A stretch of DNA of 64,000 nucleotides, from positions 227,628 to 291,627 of the forward strand of contig NMRA01000195.1 of NCBI GenBank assembly GCA_002633005.1. Direction: 5' to 3'. Shown in pieces: positions 36,901 to 48,900 of the stretch (its first letter is position 1; every line of letters starts with the position of its first letter). The notes below the pieces were generated by a model. That model ran no database searches. It worked only from the letters and a program-made list of their open reading frames with translations, and had not been told where the DNA came from. The position numbers were made by a program, and so were the translations under genes. Source of the stretch: Phoronis australis (Eukaryota > Animalia > Phoronida).

Positions 36901-39900
36901 TATTTAGAATTTAAAACAAAAAAGTGTTATATATGTTGCCATTTTCATTCTTGGTTAAGGCATCTACAATCTACAATACCTTTCAAGCATTTACAGAATT
37001 GGTTAGAAGTTTCTTCCACTGCTGGCTATGCTCCCAGTGGTCTTAGCTCCACAAGGCATTATGTGTATGTAGGATTCATACCTTAGTGCAACTCCAAACT
37101 GGTGTTTCAGAGCTGTAACTTCATGATTTTCATCTTTTTTTAAAAACATCAAAAGCGAAATAAATGTCATTATTTTAATATAGTGTTGTGCCACAAGAAT
37201 ATGCCCATTTAATTGTTTTGAGTTTGCGCTCATTTCATTGTTTTCAATGCGCGTTTTAACGTTTTAATATGGAACAGCAGTGACAGCTGTTGCCAAAATG
37301 TAAATCACAGATGTGTGTTTTTCTTTTTTTGTAACTGCAGCTCTGATGACTTATTTTACACAATATTAAAGCAAATTAAAATGATATGACAAACTTTATA
37401 ACATTGATTTGGCTTGAGATCACCAAAAACATAGTGCACACATCGTTTAACCAATATCTCTGATATTTCTTTGGTAGCTACTTGGCTGATTTCGTTAATT
37501 CAGATGTAAAAGTCTGGGTCTACACATTTTTTGTAAAAAATCTCATTACAGAAGGCTGTATTTTAAACTTGGATGTAAAAACCTTGGTCACTACGCATTT
37601 TTTGTAAAAAAATCTGTGTTTGGGGGGGTTGCTGGTGAACGGTCCTGGTGGTGGGGGTTTACGCGTCGGAATCGAGGACACCCTGGAATATTGGGAACCC
37701 ATTTTGGACACCCTATTTTCGAAATCCTGGATAAAGGCCTGGCTGCAACCCACTTTAAAACATCATAACTTCTTCAGTTTTTAATCTAGAAGCATAATTT
37801 TAGCATTCACATGCTCATAAGACTTAAAGAAATTATTCTGTGATGTCTGTTTTGCCAGCATACCTTCACACATTTTTTAAATTATCGTCTTTGAAGTTTT
37901 TTCCAACTTATTCACTGTTGGTAACCTGTAAAGTGATGTCAGGACACCTACTGGTGATTGTGTGTCCATTTGCAGGGGTAGAAATGGTCAAAACACCTGC
38001 CTTTGAAGTGATAGGTATCGGGTTCAAAACTTTGAATTGTGTGATTATCCATTATGCTGTCCCACTAATATTAGCGACAAATGTCAGACACCAACTCCCT
38101 GGCTAATTGAGTTCTGGCTAGCTTGCATAAATGGCTTGGGCTTTCACCTGGTTTTAACTGCTGGGGGTTGGGGTTGCCTGTACAGCAGTAGTACGGAGAC
38201 TCTCCTTTTTGAAGTCAGATGTTTTGTCCTTTGGTTGGGCTAGTAAACTTCTCTGATTGTTGAGAGATTGTGGTTGGTCCTCACTCCATGACTGATGAAA
38301 ACCTTGGTATGTTTTTCTGAAAGAGCTCTCATATGGAAGGGAAGCACTTATCCTGTCTTTGTGAAATGGGATGTAATCTAGAAAACTGATTGTCCAGAAT
38401 GCCTGGCTACTTATAGTGGTGAGACTTCTCGCAATCTAAGCGCTAGAATTAAGGGACACTGGTGCAAAACTCTTGGTACTCTTACAGCAGTGGGGAACCA
38501 CTGTGTTACGACTGCACGGTATTTCCTGGGGTGATGTAGCTGTCGCTGCCAGGGAGGATAAATATTTTCATGAGCAGAAAAATCTGTGAGGCAATTGAGA
38601 TTGGAGATGTGATCTTCCTACTATACTATTTACAACCTCTTACAGTATTGCGTAGTGGCCAATAGGTGTCTCACATGGCTTCCACCTTATGGGAGAGGGC
38701 GGGAAATTTCCCAATCAATTGACACTGAAGAAGGTCCCGAAAGCTATATGTCAACGAGACTCCGAAAAAAGAACGATTCATCACTAGTTATATTTTCTCT
38801 TTGGTACTTTTGAGCTGAAAACATTTTTAGGCTTAAGTCTGGCTTTATATTCACCTGTTAACTTCAGGTGTTGGAGAACCATCCTCGAGTGCCGATGAGC
38901 TACAAAGAAATTCTTAATGCCATTCAAGAAGGAAATCTAAAGGACGTGAGGTAAGTACTAATAATTGTATATACACATCGTATAATACTGCTATTGGTAA
39001 CTACTGTAGTTGTGTCATTAGCATCATCGCAAAAGCATGTTAGTCTCCAATTCTTAGTCAATTTTATGTGGGTGGCAATTTATTTCTATAAGTGCTCATC
39101 GCTGCAACAAGTCTGCATTTTGCCATGGCAGATTTCGCACCATCCAATTTCACTGGTTCCGGCAGTAGAAGTAGAATCCACTGCAGGTACTATCTAGTAA
39201 GCCTAAAGTTGAGCGAGCTGAGGTTCAGAAAAAAGACTTCTAACGACCTGATAAGTGACTCACCGAAGGCGACCCGCTGCTGAAGCGCGCACACTATATT
39301 TGACTTCAGCACCATCTATTCATCAACGGAATACCTGAGTCCACATGTAGCGTTTGTCGGTGTCTACATTTTCAAAGCACAATTATGCCATTAATGTATG
39401 TCATAGGACTAAGAAACTGATCTCATTGTGTGAAGCGCTCTTCTTAATGGGGTAAATTATTTTCTGCTCAATTTAAAGCACCAATTACTTTCAAAAAATA
39501 GCAAAATGTGTTGATTTGCCTTTTGACCCTTTCTGGTGAAGTCTTCATGCTGTGTTACTAATATGTGGTTTTCATAGTCACTACATTTCATACGTCACTC
39601 TCTATTTTCTAGTGGCACTACCCCACTAGCCTGTCTCAATGCCTGTCTACACACCTATTCAAAAGGAAGTGAGAGTTTGTTCTACAAGGTAGCTGGACGC
39701 GTTGGTGTTTATGGATTGAAGGTTAGTTTTATTGTGTCAGTTAGCACCGAGGCATTGTGCAGGTCATGGCTTGTGTCTGCTGTATTTGTCCAGATTAACA
39801 TTGCTTGTGGCTTGTGTCTGCAATACTTGTCCAGGTTAACATTGCTTGTGGCTTGTGTCTACTATACTTGTACAGGTTAACACCCAATTGCAGTGAAATC

Positions 39901-42900
39901 CCATCTCTAGTTTGTCAAGTTTTTACTTTACAACACTTTTTTGGCTATACCCTCAGGGATGTTCCTGGACCACTCCTTTGCACCATTAGCGCATTAAAAA
40001 ATAAAAGGGCACAAGCACATTGCCCCAGGGGGTGCATCTTTTAAAACGCAACATTCTAATCAACTTATAGCCAGTTGGGTAATATATAAGGTTGCAGATT
40101 TCACTAAAATGAGACCAAGTTAACAGGCCATTTAGGTTTTCCAATATTTGATCGTAAATTACCATAAAAAAATGAAACTTTTACACAAACATGACACTTT
40201 CCTTATTTAGATTGCCCGTGGGACTTCCGGCAGTTTCATATGATACAACTATAATTACACTAAGTCTACTCGGCACAACTTTTTAAGAAAAGGCACATTT
40301 TTTATTGTCAGGTGCATCATATGTGGCATTGATGGGGATTGACTGAGTATTGCAAAACATTAAGATATGTAATACTGTTTGCCTTAGGTTTGATTTGAAT
40401 AACTTGCAAGTTGTAGGTGAAGACTTTTCTCTTAATTTTGTTTCACTCATTTGGAGTTCAATATTGAGGTACAGAATAACTTTCAATTGTGTTCTCTCAC
40501 CCAAGATCCACACACGTAGAGTCAGTTGTTATTCATTATTTGTTGGCAACTGTCTTTCAATGACCTTTCTAGTTGACCTTGTCTGGAGTTGGTGTTGTTG
40601 ATTGATGACATCATACAAACCATTGCTCATGTCACCTACTTTGCAGTAGTTGTAAAAAATGTCAATCATCTAGCGTTGTCAAACTGATAGTAGAGAGAGG
40701 GAAGGTTGGAGTCGGGGAGGGAGGGGGTAAGGAGAGAGGGAGAGGGGAAGGAGGATGGGAGGGGTAAGGAGAGAGGGAGGGGATAAGGGGAGGAGAGAGG
40801 GAGGGGGGAAGGAGGGAGAGAGATGTTGCTGTAACAGCTTCAAAGAAATTAGAAAATAATTAGTTATAAATTATTAAATATTAAGTGTTGATTTTAGGTG
40901 TAATATTTGCTGATTATTAGGCAACATTTTTTTAAATGCGTGTCCTTAATTTCAGTGTGACATACCAGATGGAGCTGTGTTACTGGAGGTAGATGACGAG
41001 GGGACGATCGATCTCCAGCTTGACGAGGAAGGGGAGATGTTGGAGAAGCCACGTGAGAGATCGTCGAGGGAGCGAAAGAAGGAAAAAGGTAGTAGATGAT
41101 CGAGGTGGAATTCACTGAGTCAGTTGTTGGTCAGTGTGTCGATAGAAGTGCAATGTGTTTGTGGAAGCATGGTGTGTTGATTGGGAACCAGTGTGTCAAT
41201 TGTTGCTCAGTGTGTCGGTAGAAGTGTAGTGTGTTTGTGGAAGCATGGTGTGTTGATTGGGAACCATTGTGTCAGTTGTTGGTCAGTGTGTTGGTAGAAG
41301 TGCAGTGTGTTTGTGGAAGCATGGAGTGTCAATTGGGAACCAATGTGTCAGTTGTTGGTCAGTGTGTCATTAGAAGTGCAGTGTGTTTGTGGAAGCATGG
41401 TGTATCGATTGGGAACCAGTGTGTCAGTTGAAGCTCAGTGTTCCACTTAATGCTCAGTGTGCCTGATGAAGCTCGGTCTGTTTGTTGAAGGTAGGGTCTG
41501 TGGACTGGAACTTGGTCTGTGGACTGAAACTTGGTCTGTGGACTGGAACTTGGTCTGTTGAATGGAGCTCGGTCTGTCGAATGGAGCTCGGTCTGTTGAC
41601 TGGAGCTTGGTCTCTCGATTGGAGCTTGGTCTCTCGATTGGAGCTTGGTCTGTCGAATAGAGTTCGGTCTGTCAGTTAGAACTCAAACTATCAGAGTTCA
41701 GTGTGCTGGTTGGAGCTGGGTCTGTCGGTCAGTATTTGATCTGTCATTTGTAGTTAAGTGAGGTGGGTGTCATTGCAAAAGTGCATCGTCCTGGAAAGTC
41801 TGGAGATATCAGGTGGTTCTTGTTACTGGGTTATTATCTCTCAGTTGAAGTTGAGTGTGCCATCAGTTAATATTCATTAATCACACACAGTATCTTCAGA
41901 ATGATACTGTTCCTTTTTGCTTCTGGTATATTTTTTCTTCATTGCAATTCTTTTTAGATCTTTCCTGAAATTTTTTTCAGTTGATGAAATTAAGACATTT
42001 GAAAAAAATCTCAATAAATATAAATATGAAGACAGGAGGGTTTGATTTTTTTTGCTTGAGTGGTTGTATTGTAAAGCTTTTGCCAAAGAAATTAGGTAGC
42101 AACTTAGCATGCATTTGGAAAATGGCAAAGTTTTAACATTTTCGTCCTAGATTAAACAATTCTCAACATGCTGATTAGCCACGTCATTGTTCTTGTTGCA
42201 GTAAACTATGTTCGGTTGCCTGATGGTCATCCGACCATGCCTGCTGAAGACACTTTGTCACTGAATCTCAATGAGAAGCCAGCAAAGGTGGAGACAAAGA
42301 AAGATAACAAGGACACTGGGGCAGCCAGTAAGAAGAAGAATTCTGCAGGGAGTCAGATGTTGTCGAAGCAAGTAGCTAATGGGACTGTCACCAGTGCCAC
42401 TAAGCGAAAAGCTTTGAAGCTTGCCATCAAGAAGAAAAAAGGTAAGGGCTGTTCCAGCAAAATCTGTATGGGAGGGGGGAAGGCACTTTTATTTCGTACC
42501 CACCGCCCATATTTTTCATTTATTTCTCCAACCCATGACCCATAATTTTTTAATTATTTTTAATAGGTTAAAATATAAAATCTAACACTTGCAAACAAAT
42601 TGCCTCCAGGAGGACCTATTAAGAACTTAGATGATTGACAGACAAGAACTAGTTGTCTTGTCCAACATTATCAAAAACTAAAACAGCCTGTGAGCAATAC
42701 TTATGGCAGCCACCAGGTGTCTCTGTTCACCATGTGTCTATAATTTCAATGAATCTCAAACTGTCTCCACGAACTCTTTTATACTTCTATGTCAAGTGAA
42801 TATTGGAACTTGTTTATCTTACTCCTCATACTTTTTATTTAAAAATCGTCAATTTTCTTATATGTTTTAACACCAGTTTAGTGTTGCATAACTTTTCAAT

Positions 42901-45900
42901 TCAGTAGGACTGCAGACAAACAGTTGGCTCAAATCAAGTTGCCCATGACTTGATTAATGGCTTAGTGAACATATTGCACTCTGTTCACTGGCAAATTGGC
43001 CTTTTTTGAATTGGGATAAGTTAGGATATGTGCCAATTGCATTTTTTGAGTTTTAATTTCTTTGAAGATGTGTTCGGCTGAAGTAACCATCCTGTCAACA
43101 TTAACAGGTCAAAAAATACCACCCATTTTTAATGCATCACTTCTTACAGGAACGACCACCCATAAATTGATTTTTTTTTCTGAAGACCACCACCCATGAA
43201 TTTTTATTTCTACTGCCGTCCCCCCCTCCCACACGGATTTTACTGGAACAGCCCTAAGTCAAAGTACTTGTTTTAAAGTGGCTTTAAAGTCACTTTTTGT
43301 GTCTTAACATGGGTATGCTAATTGAACTCTTCATCTTTGGCTTAGCAAAAATTTTGGGAAGCACGTTTTCTTTCGATTAATTAAGACTGCTTGTTGAGAA
43401 GCATTTTGTGAAGTGAGGATGTGTTGTCTGTTGTATAGTGTAGCACATTTATTTTCTCATTGTCAAACTATGTTGTTTAGCTGTCGCCAAGACGACTAAA
43501 TCTAAACAGAATGCCAAGGACAGCAGGTCAAAGGACTCTGGCTCGACCGTATCCTCGGCTTCTGATCAAACGGACAGTTCTGACTCGGTTTTCACCAACA
43601 AACCTGCCACCACCAAGCCAAGCTCTCTGAAGGACTATTTGTCTGGAATACCTGGCTTCAGTTTGAAGGTAGACTCCAATATCACTGTTTCTTCACATGG
43701 TTCACAGTTGTTCAGTGTATTTGAACCATTTCTAGCTTAGTCACTTTTATAAGTATTCAGCGTTCATGTATAGATTGTCATTTTGTCTGTTGTAGTTAAC
43801 GGTATTTGATTTGTTGGTAAACCCATTTTATCTATGTGTAATAGATTTTCAACTAAAATGTTGATGCATCCGGTTTCTAACAAAAAAGCCCACCTGTAAA
43901 CCATTGACAGTTATTTTTTGATTGTGACCCTCACTGTCGTCATCTCTATTAAAGTGTTCACTAGGATAATTTATTCTATTCTTACCATTGAAATCATTTT
44001 GCATTGCACTTTGATTCATGGCACTGGTGTTCTTGTACTGAAAATTTGTTTACTTAATACTGAAATTGAAATAACGATAATTGTTTTCTGCAATGTGTTG
44101 AGTGATAGTGAGTCCATCTCAGTTTGATTAAGGGTGTCCTCAGGTTTTTTAAAACAGAAAATGTTGTGGCTTGCAGTTTTCAGAATGATTCCATCTATCT
44201 GTAGTTGAATTCTTTGAGTGGTAATAACCACTTACAGGGGTCAGGGATTTCGAGAACCAGTTATGTGTCAGTTATTGAGTTGAGAAAATGGTTTTTAAAG
44301 TGAGGGACCCCTGGAATTGACTATTACCTCTTTAACTATAGGTCAGTTGTCTTGAAAATGATCTTTATTGACTGAATGCTGTAGGCTACCCGTCACCAAT
44401 ACTATACAGTTGAAAGCAGTTTGTGTGTCTTAAATCCCCTGACATGAACCTTCTTCAAGTGTAAAATGTTGCCCTGTGTAGTTACGGTGAGCTATGACAG
44501 TGTGGCATGCGGGTGAAATCAATGACCCTTGTGGTCTGACAGAACTGCACAATTAAATAAAATGATCAGCATATGGTGCCATCTTTTGGAGCAAGTTACA
44601 TTTACCAATAATCAATTTGCCTATGCACGTTGTGTATTGCAGCCAAGAAAACGTAGTAACAAGAAGCTAAGTGCAAATGCCCAAATAGAGCAGACAAAGG
44701 ATGGCTGCATAGACCTAGAGACTCCTAACTCTATACTCGTCAACACTAATTTAAGAGTAAGTGTACCTGCAGGTAATCCGTGCTAGTTTTTTTTTTGTGT
44801 ACAGCAACCATTTTGCAAGGTTTACTGTTTAGGCCAAAATCAATTATTAATGTAATTATTGTCAATGCACAACAAAGTTCTGTACTCTCCGTGTTTTATT
44901 TTTTGTTTCTGTTGACATGACTCCCTCTAAAGGACATTTATCCAAATATTCCTGAACCACATGGTTTGGTTTTGACTTTTCAAGATTCTGACAANNNNNN
45001 NNNNNNNNNNNNNNNNNNNNNNNNNNNNNNNNNNNNNNNNNNNNNNNNNNNNNNNNNNNNNNNNNNNNNNNNNNNNNNNNNNNNNNNNNNNNNNNNNNNN
45101 NNNNNNNNNNNNNNNNNNNNNNNNNNNNNNNNNNNNNNNNNNNNNNNNNNNNNNNNNNNNNNNNNNNNNNNNNNNNNNNNNNNNNNNNNNNNNNNNNNNN
45201 NNNNNNNNNNNNNNNNNNNNNNNNNNNNNNNNNNNNNNNNNNNNNNNNNNNNNNNNNNNNNNNNNNNNNNNNNNNNNNNNNNNNNNNNNNNNNNNNNNNN
45301 NNNNNNNNNNNNNNNNNNNNNNNNNNNNNNNNNNNNNNNNNNNNNNNNNNNNNNNNNNNNNNNNNNNNNNNNNNNNNNNNNNNNNNNNNNNNNNNNNNNN
45401 NNNNNNNNNNNNNNNNNNNNNNNNNNNNNNNNNNNNNNNNNNNNNNNNNNNNNNNNNNNNNNNNNNNNNNNNNNNNNNNNNNNNNNNNNNNNNNNNNNNN
45501 NNNNNNNNNNNNNNNNNNNNNNNNNNNNNNNNNNNNNNNNNNNNNNNNNNNNNNNNNNNNNNNNNNNNNNNNNNNNNNNNNGGAGGGAGGGGTTAAGGAG
45601 AGAGGGAGATGCTGCTGTAACAGCTCCAAAGAAATTAGAAGATAATTAGTTATGAATAAAATATTAAGTGCTGATTTTGGGTGTAATATTTGCTGATTTT
45701 TAGGCACCAAAATTTTTTTAAATGCGTGCCCTTAATTTCAGTGTGACATACCGGATGGAGCTGTGTTACTGGAGGTAGATGACGAGGGGACGATTGATCT
45801 CCAGCTTGACGAGGAAGGGGAGATGTTGGAGAAGCCACGTGAGAGATCGTCGAGGGAGCGGAAGAAGGAAAAAGGTAGCAGATGATCGAGGTGGAATTCA

Positions 45901-48900
45901 CTGTGTCAGTTTTTGGTCAGTGTGTCGGTAGAAGTGTAGTGTGTTTGTGGAAGCATGGTGTGTTGATTGGGAACCAGTGTGTCAATTGTTGCTCAGTGTG
46001 TCGTTAGAAGTGTAGTGTATTTGTGGAAGCATGGTGTGTTGATTGGGAACCAGTGTGTCAGTTGGAGCTCAGTGTTCCACTTAATGCTCAGTGTGCCTGA
46101 TGAAGCTCGGTCTGTTTGTTGAAGGTAGGGTCTGTGGACTGGAACTTGGTCTGTGGACTGGAACTTGGTCCGTTGAATGGAGCTCGGTCTGTCGAATGGA
46201 GCTCGGTCTGTTGACTGGAGCTTGGTCTCTTGATTGGAGCTTGGTCTGTCGAATAGAGTTCGTCCGTCAGTTAGAACTCAAACTATCAGAGTTCAGTGTG
46301 CCGTTTGGAGCTGGGTCTTTCGGTCAGTATTTGATCTGTCATTTCGAGTTAAGTGAGGTGGGTGTCATTGCAAATGTGCATCGTTCTGGAAAGTCTGGAG
46401 ATATCAGTTGGTTCTTGTCTCTGGGTTATTATCTGTCAGTTGAAGTTGAGTGTGCCATCAGTTAATATTCATTAATCACACACAGTAACTTCAGAAAGAT
46501 ACTGTTCCTTTTTGCTTCTGGTATATTTTTTCTTCATTGCAATTCTTTTTAGATCTTTCCTGAAATTGTTTTCAGTTGAAGAAATTAAGACATTTGAAAA
46601 AAATATCAATAAATATAAATATGAAGACAGAAGGGTTTGATTTTTTTGCTTGAGGAAGCTTTTGCCAAAGAAATTAGGTAGCAATTTAGCATGCATTTGG
46701 AAAATGGCAAAGTTTTAACATTTTCGTCCAAGATTAAACAATTCTCATCATGCTGATTAGCCATGTCATTGTTCTTGTTGCAGTAAACTATGTCCGGTTG
46801 CCTGATGGTCATCCGACCATGCCTGCTGAAGACACTTTGTCACTGAATCTCAATGAGAAGCCAGCGAAGGTGGAGACAAAGAAAGATAACAAGGACACTG
46901 GGGCAGCCAGTAAGAAGAAGAATTCTACAGGGAGTCAGATGTTGTCGAAGCAAGTAGCTAATGGAACTGTCACCAGTGCCACTAAACGAAAAGCTTTGAA
47001 GCTTGCCATCAAGAAGAAAAAAGGTAAGTCAAAGTACTTGTTTTAAAGTGGCTTCAAAGTCACTTTTTGTGTCTTAACATGGGTATGCTAATTGAACTCT
47101 TCATCTTTGGCTTAGCAAAAATTTTGGGAAGCACATTTTCTTTCGATTAATTAAGACTGCTTGTTGAGAAACATTTTGTGAAGTGAGGATGTGTTGTCTG
47201 TTGTATAGTATAGCACATTTATTTTCTCATTATCAAACTATGTTGTTTAGCTGTCGCCAAGACGACTAAATCTAAGCAGAATGCCAAGGACAGCAGGTCA
47301 AAGGACTCTGGCTCGACCGTATCCTCGGCTTCTGATCAGACAGACAGTTCTGACTCAGTTTTTACCAACAAACCAGCCACCACCAAGCCAAGCTCTCTGA
47401 AGGACTATCTGTCTGGAATACCTGGCTTCAGTTTGAAGGTAGACTCCAATATCACTGTTTCTTGACATGGTTCACAGTTGTTCATTGTATTTGAACCATT
47501 TCTAGCCTTTTCACTTTTATAAGTATTCAGCGTTCATGTATAGATTGTCATTTTGTCTGTTGTAGTTATTTGATTTGTTGGTAAAACCCATTTTATCTGT
47601 GTGTAATAGATGTTCAACTAAAATGTTGATGCACCCCGTTTCTAACAAAAAAGCCGACCTGTAAATCATTGACAATTATTTTTTGATTGTGACCCTCACT
47701 GTCGTCATCTCTATTAAAGTGTTCACTAGGATAATTTATTCTATTCTTTCCATTGAAATCGTTTTGCATTGCACTTTGATTCATGGCACTGATGTTCTTG
47801 TACTGAAAATTTGTTTACTTAATACTGAAATTGAAATAACGATAATTTGTTTTCTGCAATGTGTTGTATGCTGAGTGCTAGTGAGCCCATCTCATTTTGA
47901 TTAAGGGTGTCCTCAGTTTTTTTTTTAAACAGAAAATGTAGTGACTTGTAGTTTTCGGAATGATTCCCTCTATCTGTAGTTGAACTCTTTGAGTGGTAAT
48001 AACCACTTACTGGGGTCAGGGATTTCGAGAACCAGTTATGTGTCTGTTATTAAGTTGAGAAAATGGTTTTTAAAGTGAGGGACCCCTGGAATTGACTATT
48101 ACCTCTTTAACTATAGGTCAGTTGTCTTGGAAATGATCTTTATTGACTGAATGCTGTAGGCTACCCGTCACCAATACTATACAGTTGAAAGCAGTTTTGT
48201 GTGTCTTAAATCCCCTGACGTGAACCTTCTTCAAGTGTAAAATGTTGCCCTGTGTAGTTACGGTGAGCTATGACAGTATGGCATGCGGGTGAAATCAATG
48301 ACCCTAGTGGTCTGACACGGAACTGCACAAAAAATAAAATGATCAGCATATAGCGCCATCTTTTGGAGCAAGTTACATTTACCAATGATCAATTTGCCGT
48401 TGCACGTTGTGTATTGCAGCCAAGAAAACGTAGTAACAAGAAGCTAAGTGCCAATGCCCAAATAGAGCAGACAAAGGATGGCTGCATAGACCTAGAGACT
48501 CCTAACTCTATACTCGTCAACACTAATTTAAGAGTAAGTGTACCTGCAGGTAATCCGTGCTAGTTTTTTTGTGTACAGCAACCATTGTGTAAGGTTTACT
48601 GTTTAGGCCAAAATCAATTATTAATGTAATTATTGTCAATGTACAACTAAGTTCTGTACTCTCTGTGTTTTATTTTTTGTTTCTGTTGACATGAATCCCT
48701 CTAAAGGACATTTATCCAAATATTCCTGAACCACATGGTTTGGTTTTGACTTTTCAAGATTCTGACAATTGCTTACCATGTTGAAGTCACGGTCGTTAAA
48801 CATGTTTTTCAGTTTTGTGAGATATTGTTGAGTAACGATCAATTGGGGACTTGCACATAAGTTTGACTGCTTGGATCTGGTTGATCCTTTCTGTTTATGA

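Noticed and set aside
38285-38340. CTGATGA...GAAAGAGCTCTC hammerhead-like string
   Set aside because: Stem II does not close properly and it is the antisense of Penelope coding remnant; likely chance.
44862-45710. 227- and 282-aa ORFs
   Set aside because: Artefacts of the N-gap 44995-45581.
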